A stretch of 52,953 nt of DNA, the filler included, from Basidiobolus ranarum (Eukaryota): NCBI GenBank assembly GCA_040143965.1. It is 3 parts of 3 records of this genome, joined end to end, with 100 filler letters (N's around TTAATTAATTAA, not from the genome) between each part and the next. Parts side by side here need not be neighbours in the genome. Positions count along the whole stretch, not along the records: positions 17,701 to 35,290 come from JASJQH010007176.1; positions 35,391 to 52,953 come from JASJQH010007177.1; 1 more part is not named here. One strand, written 5' to 3'. A model generated the notes under the pieces. That model ran no database searches. It worked only from the letters and a program-made list of their open reading frames with translations, and had not been told where the DNA came from. Both the position numbers and the translations under genes were made by a program. Within the stretch, counting starts at the first letter, position 1. The number at the start of each line of letters is the position of its first letter. Shown here piece by piece: positions 24,977 through 36,341 of the stretch.

Positions 24977-26379
24977 TGTTATTATGTTCGTTGAGCTATA
25001 CAAGGTGATATATGAGAGGAAAAGCTACAGTTAGGGAGTGGAAATGTAAGGGGAAATTCGCCGAAGTGAACAAAATAGTTGCTATAAGCCACTTACAAAA
25101 TAGTAAAGGTTTAGGAAAAGGATGGGAAGAGTTACAGACAAGATGAGATGAGATGAGAAGGGAGAAAAAAATAGCAAGTTAATACAATGATCATTTAATG
25201 TATCCTTCTCTTGATCTTCGTTAATGAAATGAATGCATCTTATTTAATTAAGAGTGGAATCCAACGATAATAAGGGTTTCCAATTCAGTCAGTCTTTAAA
25301 TAGCAAGCCTACCAACCAGACCGTGGTTTCGCAAAATCTAAAATGCCATTGCGTAGGTAGCAAAACTGGCTTTGGGTTCATTCTCTATTAGATCCTATCT
25401 CTACTAGTTAAAGATAGATCCAAGCTCCACAATGTTGATATTATGTTTAATCTTTAAATTGGATGCATTCTAAGGGCTCTTCGCAGTTTGTCGTTGGGTT
25501 GTAATGGAATGGTTTGATGAAATATGGTGCACCTCTGATGCAATGTCGAGTTTGGTTCAAATGGAAATTCCGGTTACGAATGCAAATTACTCTCCCGTAC
25601 ATTGATTGACGAATTATCGGTTTAGAAATATTTGTTATGTCAGATTTACCCTCCAAGCTAGCTTCCCCTCTAGACAGGTAACTTCCCCACCGAACAGGTT
25701 TCGCACTTGTATGTTTGTGGTGTTTCGATATGGCAAAAGATATGGCAAATTGTATTCATAGTAATACAGGCCTCCCCAAAATTCCTTGTTTCGCCCAATG
25801 ATCTAGTGAGAGGGCTAGGTGCACTGTGTTGTAAAGTAAATCGCAACAAGTCATCCACGTGTATTGTTATTAATGGAGGGCTGAGCTTAGAGGTTACTGA
25901 AGCAAGTTGCTTGTCACAGTCGAGTTCACCAGAAATGTTGTGTCTAAACAATCACTTACGCTTCATTCTAGATTTTATTTAGCACTAGTCTTACTTGATT
26001 AATCTAGGTGATTTTTTTCTAACGAGACGGTTAATTTATCTGATTTTCATCGTGCATTTACTCAACCGATTATTCAGTTAATCTTCCTTTCACTCGTTTG
26101 TATTCGCTGTCAATTGGGACTATTAATATCCGCCACCTTATTTGCATATCAAGACAGTTTTGAAAGATAATAGAGTGCTGTTAAAATTATATAACTTCAT
26201 GCCAAAATACTCTTTGACGTCTCTATAGATTATTCCAATTTCTGCCCTACTTTACGATAAATTTTCGCCGAACTCATTACTGCATTTCGTAGGTCGATAA
26301 ATACACCATCTTCCTTGTATCTCGACTATTTTAAACATAGGTCAAGCTACACACTTCAACAGAAATAGGCTCCATAGCC

Positions 26380-29300
26380 ATGTTTACACTTCCCACGCCT
26401 TGCGAGAGTACCCCATTTTGGGAGGATATAGCCAGCAATCAGTACTTTGTTGTTCAACGCGCTCTAGGTTCAAATAATTTTTTATTAAAAAACGTCCTGG
26501 GAACTATTCAAAACGTGTAAGTCTACTGATTATTATTAGATTGTATCGAAAAATATTTCCAAGGAAGGCAGCTCTTACATATTTTCCTAAAATCATTCCG
26601 AACCCGTTTCCTTGTCCATACGATTAACTTTACTTTTCTATTTATTCCAATATACAGTCTGGATACAAAACAAGCACCTTTCCGGATTCTGTTTCGGCCA
26701 AACAAAAATGGAGAAGGAATGCATCTTATTGCCGAGTCGAATACTCGTGAAGGAATTGAAAAGCCTTGGAAATGGCTTGAAGGTAGGTAAACATTAGTAT
26801 ATTTCATAAACCGTCAAACATGTAACTAACCTCATCGCTAATACCCCATAGATCACCTCGTAAAAGAACTAAAAGCGTTAGACGATCCCTTTGAAAGAGA
26901 AACTTTCGTGTTAACGAAGGTCAACTCTTTGGTATCAAGCTTAGATGCTGGGGACGATTCAGCCAATGATGAAAAGCTGAGAGCTGCTACAAGGGCTTTT
27001 AGACAGACATTTAATATGCCTACTAGTGAAAGAGTGGTGAACTTCTATTCCTGTGGATACAATCGTAACTTCATGATGAATCAAGGGTGGATGTATATAA
27101 GTGAACATTATTTATGTTTCTACTCATTCATCCTTGGCATCGAAGCCAAGATTCAAATTCCACTAAGAGATATTGAAAGCTTACACAAGGAAACTTCAAA
27201 ACGGGGACTATTGTCCGATTCGATCAAAGTGATTACCAGAGACAAGAAAGAGGTAAAGAGAGCAGTGCATCCAATTGATATGTAATACATTGAGAATCAG
27301 GGTCTAAAGACAATCATATTTCTACAGTATTTTTTCTCTAATTTGTTTCGACGCGACGAGGTATGTTAAGTCAATACGAATATTGCGGTATCTCATTCTC
27401 AAGAGTAATCCACTGATTGAATTGCTTTGTAGACCTATGATCTTTTGGTCCAACTAACAAATCTGTCGATGCAAAAGCTGTTACAAAATTCAGCCATGGA
27501 CTTTGCACCAGGTCTATCGTTAGATGCCCATGCTGCCGCTGAGTCTTTGTATGATTCTTCAGATATTACTCAAGGAACCAATTCTTCAGTACGAAAATTA
27601 CAGGCTCAATTTCAAAAAACCTCCTTGAAAGAGGATCTTAAGCAGCAAAAACTTAACGACACATTCCAAACTACATTTCGTCTTCCGTCAACGGAGCACC
27701 TAAATGTTGAAGCAGACGCTATCCTTTCCGTACCTAATCGCGAAGAAAAATACCTTGGAAAGCTTAGCATATCCGAAACGTTCATTACGTTTGTATCTAC
27801 GGATGGAAAACTGTGTTCAACTGCGATTCCTTTGTTTGTAATTCGTAGAGTAGAGAGAATCAATCCCAAGTCAAATCTGTGTATCTTGGCCATCACAACC
27901 TGGCATCAAATGAGAGTTGTATTTCAGATTCAAGGATCGCGCAAGATTGGTGAGAGCTATTGCCTAGCGCTCAAAAACAATCTCAAGGATCAAATTAAAG
28001 CAATGAAAGCCCTCAAGCCGTTCTTACAAACATGTGTCTCAGAGAGCCTGTTAAAAGATAAAGAAAACCTCAAATTTGGTGGACTTGGATTGAAATTCGG
28101 ATATCCGGGTGATGCGAAGAAATCCAAAGAGAAAGGAAAAAATAAGTACTGGCTAAGCTATCTCAAAGAAAACGGTCGTAATCTGACTCTCCTGAAATTC
28201 CCTGATTTTTCTCGTCTAGTGAAAATCGGTCTTCCTAATAGTCTTCGCGGGGAAATCTGGGAAATATGTAGTGGTTCAATCTATTTGAGAAGCATGAATC
28301 CTGACCTCTATCAAAAAATCAACGATGAGAATGCTGGGAAAGTATCGTTGTCTACGGAGGAGATCGAGAAAGATTTGAATCGCTCTTTACCAGAGTATCC
28401 TGCCTACCAAACAGCGGAAGGAATCGACACTTTGCGAAGAGTGCTCACGGCTTATTCCTGGAAAGATCCGGCTCTTGGTTATTGTCAAGCTATGAATATA
28501 GTGGCATCTGCGATTCTCATTTACATGACCGAAGAGCAAGCATTTTGGACTTTGAGTGTACTGTGTGACCGATTTCTTCCTGGGTATTATAGCACATCTA
28601 TGTACGGAGCTCTCCTTGATCAATCCATTTTCGAACACTTGGTAGAACAATGTATGCCCATTCTTCATGAACATTTGAAAAAAACCGATATCCAATTATC
28701 AGTTGCCTGCTTGCCCTGGTTCTTGAGCCTGTTTATCAATACCATGCCTATATCTTTTGCCTTCCGTGTACTAGATTGTTTCTTTATGGAAGGGCCTCAT
28801 GTACTATTCCAGGTTGGCCTTGCCATCATCAAGATTAACGGAGATGAGTTGATGGAAGCGAGTGACGATGGAGCGTTTATTCATACACTAAAGCGCTACT
28901 TCACCAAGTTGGATGATCCTCTCTATCCAAATAGCAAAAACCCACGTGCGAAGCTGTTAACTAAATTCCATGAACTTATGTTGGTTGCGTTTAAGGAGTT
29001 TGCGCATGTGAACACCGATTGTATCACCGAGCTGCGTAAATCTCATCAATTTCGAATTGTTCACAACATTGAGAGTTTTACCAAACGAACGCACATCCGT
29101 AACCTCTTTCATGTATCACGATTCAACAAGGAAGAACTGTCGGTTCTCTACGACAAATTCCACGATGTCCAATTCTATAGCAACAAAAAACAAAGTGAAA
29201 CGCCCGATGTCAAAATGGATTTTTGGAATTTTCAGAAATTTTTAGGCTCCATCGCTCCTTGGGCTGTTATGGAAACTAGTACCGAATCGCAGCGTCTACT

Positions 29301-30144
29301 TAAAGGACACGGATCCTTGATGGTTCAAAAGAAAACCGTTGGTAGTTCGTTTATAGAAAAACTCTTTAAGCACTTCGATAAAGCTCGATGTGGCAGCTTG
29401 TCACTTCAAGATATTGTCATTGGGCTGCAAGACATAATGTTTGGTGATTTGATGTCGCAGATTCAACTTTTCTTTCATCTCCACGATAGCAATGACGATG
29501 GACTTTTGACAAAGGAGGATATTTTACAAATGTCTGAGAGCTTTCTATTTCTGTTCCGGAATGAAAAAGATGACCGATATCTTCGAGCCGTTTCCAATCT
29601 CCTTCAAAACTCAACGCATTATTCCGAATCCCCAACGTATAGTCCACAATTTGTGGAGAGTGTAGATGGAAATGGCGATATCTTTACCAAGCCCAGCTCG
29701 CCAGATGCCCCTGAGGAACTTGAGAAAGATGCCATCATAGTATCGCTGCCTACGTTTCGCATGATAATCCTAGCTGACGAAACATTGGAACAATTCTTTG
29801 ATTATAAATTCGCAGCATCATTCCAACTTACAACGAATTCTAGCGCTGACAGACAAAAAGGCCTTGGTCGTGAGATCTTTGAATCATTACTTAACGAAGG
29901 CTCTAAACTTGCTGATCGTGTATCCCAATTCCCCAAAAGAAAGTTTCCTTCTAAGAAGATATCCACTAATATGGATACACCCTTGAGTGAAGGTAACCTA
30001 ATCGATATCTCAATTCCATCTTTGACGCATAAGGACTCTCACGACGAAGAAAATGACGATGACGACGATCTAATGGCAGTGGATCATATGCTCAGACATC
30101 TGGATGAACCACACAAAGAGGAGTCAATTGACAATTTTGAATAA
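26380..30144 (+). CDS. GYP2: Rab GTPase-activating protein with GRAM, TBC and EF-hand domains (Gyp2/Mdr1, TBC1D8/9-like)
   Basis: GRAM (NFYSCGY...QGWMYISEHYLCFYS), TBC catalytic fingers (IEKDLNRSLP; GYCQAMN) and EF-hand (LHDSNDDGLLTKED). N-terminal exons start at ATG 26380. Confidence 0.92.
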
Positions 30145-30652
30145 ACTGGTAAAGACGACATTCCGAAGCAGCTGCTCAACTCATACTCTTCCACTGTCCG
30201 TACATATCCTGATCGATAAACATCACAAGGAAGAACATTAACCTTATTTGATATACAAGCTCTATTTTTTCACCTTCAAGATCACAAAACCCATTAGATC
30301 TGCTTGAATAGTTAATAAATTCCGAATGTTTATATTGTAAATGGTGTTTTATCTTTCGTTACGAAACAACATATCATTCGGGCTATGACAAACCATGGAC
30401 ATGGCTTACTTTGTATATTTAGACAGTGGTTTTTATTTTATTGACCTTGAACAAATCATCTTGAGTAACCTTCAAAATCATACTATATTTACGTTTATTA
30501 GGTACCTATTGACCAAGTTTTAAGCTACCCCGTATTACAATTGTGCAGTGTAAGTGTTTGTACATATGTATATTATGCTCAAGATAACACAAAGAATTTC
30601 CGTACTCATAGGGCCTACGAAGTACCGCTACCCTTGCTTTTTGAATGTTTTC

Positions 30653-31856
30653 TCATTCAACACTTTCTTGCTCCTCTGGTTCTGTCTCATGCAATTCCGA
30701 GTTGGGGAGATCAGAGACTTCTTCAGCTCGTTGTATCTTCCGTGCTTCTTCCTCTTCCTCCTCCCTCTCTATTGTACGAGCTCTTTTACGTGCTGCCAAT
30801 CTAGCCAAAGCACGCTCACGGTTCTCCCGAATACGACGGAGTTGATCCGCCTCGATATCACCATTTGACCCGGTGAATTGCAATCCATCCTCCATATCTG
30901 CAACTGGGCTTTGAGTCTCTTCATCCGATTGAATAACCATTGGAGCGTCAACCTCTTCGTGGTCACCGAAATTCCAATCGGTTATTGTATCAGGTCTTGA
31001 ATATGTCAAAGTTAAGTATGATATTCGTAAGATTCAAGACTTGTATGATATTAAAAAAACCCACCGATTGTTATCAATCTGAATTTGCACGCCTAAAAGT
31101 TACCATGCATCAGTAAATACCTCTCAACACAATGAAAGTGACAATTTTGAAAGTATACCAGAAGCTATACCACGATTTTCACGTTCAGCTTTAATTAATT
31201 CCTCACGAAAAACCTGAGTTTGGAATAGGAGGAATTTCATCAGTGACGGAAAAGGACCATATAGAAAATACCTTTAAATACCTTCAGTCTCCTCTCTGAA
31301 CATAATTTTTCAATCTTTTTAATCGCATCAGGGAAGCGCATTTTAGGGAATAATTGATGACACCATAATTGATAAAAGTCCAGAAGATGTCGAAGGTCCT
31401 CAAACTATTTATAAATTTCCATTAAAGTGGTTAGGTCACCACTAGGTAAAGAGGAAGTATAGTGAAGAAGAGTATACCTCTTGCCCTTTACCCTTGAACT
31501 TTAGTTTTGGTCCCTTTTCTTTTATATACATCAAACCATTGGGTTGAAGCAAACTGTAGAAGAAAGTTTAGAATACAAGACGAACTAGTCAAAGTTCAAC
31601 TCACTTTTTTCTTGGCCATCTCAACAGGTATATTCTAATTACCTTACCGATTTGCATCTAATTTAGGTTGTGGTTCTCTTTTCTGCCGAGTTTTCACTTT
31701 ATCCAAGTTTTCGTTAGATAGTGAAGTAGCACCAAGGAGGTCATTGTCGCTATGGTCATCAAAAGAAGCTCTGCTGTTCACGTGTTCAGAGCCCTCTCTG
31801 AAAGATTCCAAGGGGATTTTTTTATGGTTCTCAGCATCTAATTCATATTCAAACAT
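30653..31856 (-). CDS. CSM3: Replication fork protection component Csm3/Swi3/TIPIN; ~6 exons
   Basis: Hand-spliced: KREPQPKLDANR|LLQPNGL...KLKFKGKGQE|FEDLRHLLDFYQLWCHQLFPKMRFPDAIKKIEKL (Swi3 domain). C-terminal RIRENRERALARLAARK. Confidence 0.9.
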
Positions 31857-32138
31857 GTTTCTCTATACTTATACTTTCAAGTTAGGTTTTAGAAGTTAAG
31901 GTATATTTTATATATACATCAGTGTACGAAGTCAACTAGGCATTGTTTATTTATTTTCCAAATTCAAACTTTGTGATTGGTGCACTGGAGTTAACTTGAT
32001 TTTAATGAAGAATCGGAAAACTATAGTAAAGTTGGAAAAATAATCCCGAATTAATTAACAATCTTTCATTTTATTCGATCATTTCCTTCAAACTAAATAT
32101 GGTTTTTGAACATCTCGAGCTTACTTTGAACATAAACT

Positions 32139-32556
32139 ACGCGTGGAGGCTCAAGCTTCAGGAAATGCATCTCCAACCAAGCGAATCAGTAACTATAGAT
32201 TGGTAAAGAGGATGTATACCAAGGAAACAGCGCCATTGAACACGCGTTCAATAAGCGATCTGATTCTTTGTCGTATAATAAAATAGAGTTGCTTGGTTAG
32301 TGAATGAACTTCAACAAAACCAACACAAAGTCAATTAAGCAAACTTATCCAACGATCATTCGATAGATGTTCCCCATATAGAGAGACAAGCAACAGGCAA
32401 GCATGGATAGGTAGCTAAGAGGCTAAAAATAGCACTGTTGGCCTGGATTCACACCAGATACATACGGTAAATGGAGTATCAACGCCGTTTAAAGAATATT
32501 CCATGATCGATCAGCCAACCATAGGTTTGTTACCATTTTCTGACTCCTAGACGCGT
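32139..32556. promoter_or_regulatory. Three ACGCGT (MCB-like) boxes in the CSM3 upstream/divergent promoter region
   Basis: Exact ACGCGT at 32139, 32242 and 32551, 280-700 nt upstream of the CSM3 ATG. Confidence 0.5.
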
Positions 32557-32789
32557 TATACTTGGTGTGATTGGCCACGTCAAGAAGAAAATCTATCTTG
32601 GGACAGCTTTTCTTAGTCCAGCTAATAATAAATAGATTTCATTTACTTTAACATTCCTTTTTGCATTTCGTGGTCCAATTTTTTATTCCTTTGTTCGTAG
32701 CATAATCGTCCTTTTTTTCTTCGGAAATACTTTGGATATTCGCCCACTGTCACGGCATTTATCACATATTGCTTCGACTACCTGCTCCG

Positions 32790-34140
32790 ATGAGACTTGA
32801 TTTTTTGAAATATTTCATGTTTTTACTGAGATTCGCAATACTTCTTGGCATAACCACCTACGTTAAGGCCGATTCTTCCAACTCGAACGTTCCTAGCGAC
32901 AGTAATATTCCTATGCTAACTAATTAATTAAGCTGCTTCGAATTAACCACCACATTTACAGTCCAGGATATTAACAGTGAATGCGGTCCAGATATTTATT
33001 GCTTGCCTAAAGCAGGGGATTTGTGGGTTCCTCAAGAAAATGGTTTTCTTCAATGGAACAAAAACTATCCCACATTTTTAAACACAGGTTCGGTCAATAT
33101 AGGCCTATACAACACCTTATCTGGTAATCCAGTGCAATTGTGGAATCACTATAGAAATGAAGGCATTCTTGTCATCAATAATTTCACGACCGATTGGTTT
33201 CTGGATCTAAACAATGTTTCTCCATATGAGAATATCACTCAAGAGTTTTACTTTGACATTACTGCCATATACGATACGAATGCACCTTATAAACCTGGGC
33301 CTACTTTTTTTATTGAACGTATGTTTATTTAAGTTGAGTATATTGTTGACTATGAATACGTATTAATGGTCATACGATTCGTATTTAAGGACCAATGCTC
33401 TTACCCACTCCCATCCTACCTGCTACTCCAATGCACAATAAGACGTCTACAACATCTACGAGTACCAAACCAACGAGTACCAGCCCCAGCCCCAGTTCCT
33501 CCAGCTTTTCCTATGGCCCTACTAATCCTAGTGTACAAACACAGGGCACCTCTGGTCTCTCAGCTGGGGCTATTGGGGGGATTGCTGTTGGCAGTGTATT
33601 GCTGGTTACCATAGTAGCTTGATATCCTTTTTACTTTATCTGTCAAATCTACTCTGGATTCACTTAATTTGATCATTATATCCTTAACTTTCACCTACTT
33701 TGTTTTATATACTTCGCCGTAGACGAAGAAATCAACTAGCTAAACCCGGGCTAGGAACCAATAGTGATCACAACTCCAGTCACGTTATTGTCAATGCTGT
33801 AAGTGATAATAACTCAGATAATGACGTAGATGGTCAGTTACAGATGGCAGAGGCATCTAGTCCCGTCAAACGAAACTCACTGCGACTTACAGTAAAGGGA
33901 GCCCAAGAGCTTGCCCATGCTTATCGAAAAATGCTCACCAACCAGGATGCCATCGAAGACAGTCAGCCATCTAGTCAACAACGGAATTTATACAGTGACG
34001 AATTGCTTCGTCGAGAACTAGCAGCAGAAGGACATGGTGTTAAGAATGTTTCCACCTCACCAGCTATCGTTGTTGTAGGTGAAGATCAAAATAGTCTATG
34101 TAGTATGACTGCCGATACCACGGATTCCAGTGAATTATGA
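32790..34140 (+). CDS. Type I single-pass membrane protein (~380 aa): signal peptide, lumenal domain, S/T/P stalk, TM, cytosolic tail; 4 exons, one AT-AC intron
   Basis: Exons 32790-32901, 32962-33318, 33390-33621 and 33699-34140 sum to 1143 nt in one frame. TM GAIGGIAVGSVLLVTIVAC|LFYIL is followed by RRRRR. Confidence 0.85.
33622..33698 (+). other. U12-type (minor spliceosome) AT-AC intron, 77 nt
   Basis: 5' site ATATCCTTT, branch site TCCTTAAC at 33681-33688, 3' end TAC at 33696-33698. Removal eliminates the TGA at 33620-33622 and restores the frame within the TM helix. Confidence 0.9.
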
Positions 34141-34442
34141 TGAATTCCCCACCCGTTCGCCATCCGTTAATATATACCCTTGATTTGCATCATTTAATTC
34201 CCATTCATGTCTCATTTTAATTCATTCTCGTCGTTAATAGATTATGTTGCCTTCAAATGTATGATAAATCCTTTTTGTCTCCTTCTCATCTTATTAATGT
34301 TTTCCTGTTCTTCCACTGTTCTTCCACTGTTCTTTTCATATGTTTAGAGTTTAGAGTCTATTATCCAGTATGTAGTATGCAGTGTTCGATGTATTCTCAT
34401 TTTGGGGTAAAGTATAGATATATATATACAATTTAGAATATT

Positions 34443-34501
34443 CCAACTGATTTCAACCAACTGAGTTTCAACCAACTGAATTTCAACCAACTGAGTTTCA
34501 A
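34443..34501. repeat. Minisatellite, 4 x ~15 bp CCAACTGAnTTTCAA
   Basis: Direct tandem copies at 34443, 34457, 34472 and 34487. Partial further matches at ~34561 and inverted at ~34628. Confidence 0.85.
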
Positions 34502-35020
34502 CTGTGATGAAAACAATCGACATCCAGTGCTATTTTTTTTATTAATCTTTGTTATAATAACAACTGAGTATTGGTATCAAATCAACCAACCATCTATCTG
34601 ATATATGTATGATTGGATGATTGATCTGGTTGAAATTTCACTCCCAGTCAATCCCATATTTACGCTATTTGAATATCAGAAAACTGCTGTGGCTAATTTA
34701 ATTAAGAATATTGGAAAATCCATGTAATCTCTCATTTTGAAGCTATACCATATAAACAATGTCTTTACAACATATATGCAATTACTCCCAAAAATCCCAA
34801 TGCTGAGTTAGTGAATAAATAGCTAATATTTATACTAGTTTTGTAAGCCAATATACACTTGCCAATTTTCCCCTAAAAGGTCAGCAACTTCATAAATATC
34901 AAGTTCTTCAGAATATAGCCCAAGTGTTTCCACTCAGTTTCCTCTCTGTTGAAAGTGACATAGCTTAAGCATCAATATAGTTATATAGCTAGCTCTCTAA
35001 ATTTCACTCAAATCTGACCA

Positions 35021-35290
35021 GGAATATTATTACAAACTTGGAAGTTTCCCAGATATATACTTCTCTCAAGTTGGTCTAAAAGACATAGAAATTTGCATTG
35101 ATATTCCTGGGATCTTCTTAAAGATATTGTTGAAATTAGCATTGCCTAAACACCTATATAGTCATATATAACTTAGTAATTAGTTATCTTATAACTCACT
35201 AAGATATTATCAATTATTCTCAATTGGAATTTACTTAGAATATTTTTACCAACTTAGAAGTTCTCAGATATATAGATTTTTCAAACTTGT
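35021..35290. repeat. Degenerate dispersed repeat (two related segments) running into the contig end; related copy at 49419-49525
   Basis: 35226-35290 aligns by eye with 49419-49484 (GAATATTTTT...AACTT-GAAGTTCTCAGAT...TTTTTCAAACTTGT). 35021-35116 is a more diverged third copy. Confidence 0.65.
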
Positions 35291-35390
35291 NNNNNNNNNN
35301 NNNNNNNNNNNNNNNNNNNNNNNNNNNNNNNNNNTTAATTAATTAANNNNNNNNNNNNNNNNNNNNNNNNNNNNNNNNNNNNNNNNNNNN
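35291..35390. other. Artificial contig spacer (N44-TTAATTAATTAA-N44)
   Basis: Identical 100-nt linker to the one at 17601-17700. Confidence 0.97.
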
Positions 35391-36341
35391 GTTACATTTG
35401 AACGAATTCAATTCAAAACTGCCACTGCCAATAACGGGAAAAGACGGGCTGCTCAACAATACTATTTGCTTGTTATCGAACTTATTGCCGAATGTGACAA
35501 TGGTGAACAATACCAAGTAGCAACAACGCATTCTGCACCACTAGTTGTGCGTGGCCGCAGCCCTGGCCATTACGCCGACAACAACGAACGTTTTGGTGGT
35601 CTTAATCCGAATGGATCCTCCGATGAAAGATACTATCCCCATCATCGATTATCATCTGATATGGGCTCACCATACTCCGCCTTCCCTCCATACCCCCCAT
35701 ACACTGGTCACCCCTCGGCCCAAATGATGATGACACCGCCGACGCCAAATACCGGAAATACATTCCAGAACCCCTCACCTTACATGATGCACAGTCTGCC
35801 AGACAGTGGTAACGCAACACCCGAGATTTTTTCCAATGGGATAGGGTCCGGGCTAAATTCTAGTATTCCATCCCCCATAGTCAATGAATCAGGACCTCCA
35901 AGTCACCAACCCCAAGGAAAACCTTTACCCAGGATGAATCAGCTACCGATTGGTCTAAATATACACAATGTTCATCCCGAAGGAGATGAAAATTGGTCAC
36001 GTCCACGCATTGACTCGTATAATTCTGGAAATCCCTATGGTACTGAAGAGAGTCCAGGTTATCAGCAACACCACACTATGTCGAATTCAGGGTTTAATAG
36101 CTATGATCAAGGAAACATGAAGACTTCGGTTGATTCCATGACTTCCGACAGATTTGGCACTCAGGAAGGAATGAATTATCCACAGACCATGAGCAATTCC
36201 TATCATTCTCAAGATTACTCTAATCAGATGTACTGGCCAAGTCAGCACTCAAGTGGGTATCCACAGGATTCCAGCCGCCCTCTTCCACCCCAGCACTCCC
36301 AAACTCACCCGTATACCTACTCCTCACATGAGAACAAGTAA
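35391..36341 (+). CDS. NDT80/PhoG-family transcription factor (5' truncated): end of the DNA-binding domain plus a low-complexity P/S/N/Q tail
   Basis: Frame is open from the contig start: VTFERIQFKTATANNGKRRAAQQYY...SAPLVVRGRSPGHY. Confidence 0.92.
   Translation, partial: VTFERIQFKTATANNGKRRAAQQYYLLVIELIAECDNGEQYQVATTHSAPLVVRGRSPGHYADNNERFGGLNPNGSSDERYYPHHRLSSDMGSPYSAFPPYPPYTGHPSAQMMMTPPTPNTGNTFQNPSPYMMHSLPDSGNATPEIFSNGIGSGLNSSIPSPIVNESGPPSHQPQGKPLPRMNQLPIGLNIHNVHPEGDENWSRPRIDSYNSGNPYGTEESPGYQQHHTMSNSGFNSYDQGNMKTSVDSMTSDRFGTQEGMNYPQTMSNSYHSQDYSNQMYWPSQHSSGYPQDSSRPLPPQHSQTHPYTYSSHENK

Noticed and set aside
25447-25967. Possible spliced minus-strand ORF (MK|LHLALSLDHWAKQGILGRPVLL*IQF…) with a single in-frame TGA, raising selenocysteine/readthrough or a cyclase-like remnant
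   Set aside because: No redox motif around the TGA, no recognisable SECIS, and the downstream sequence is not domain-like. More likely non-coding promoter/UTR sequence.
34443-34501. Regular short repeats considered as a CRISPR-like array
   Set aside because: Head-to-tail repeats without unique spacers in a eukaryotic context; an ordinary minisatellite.
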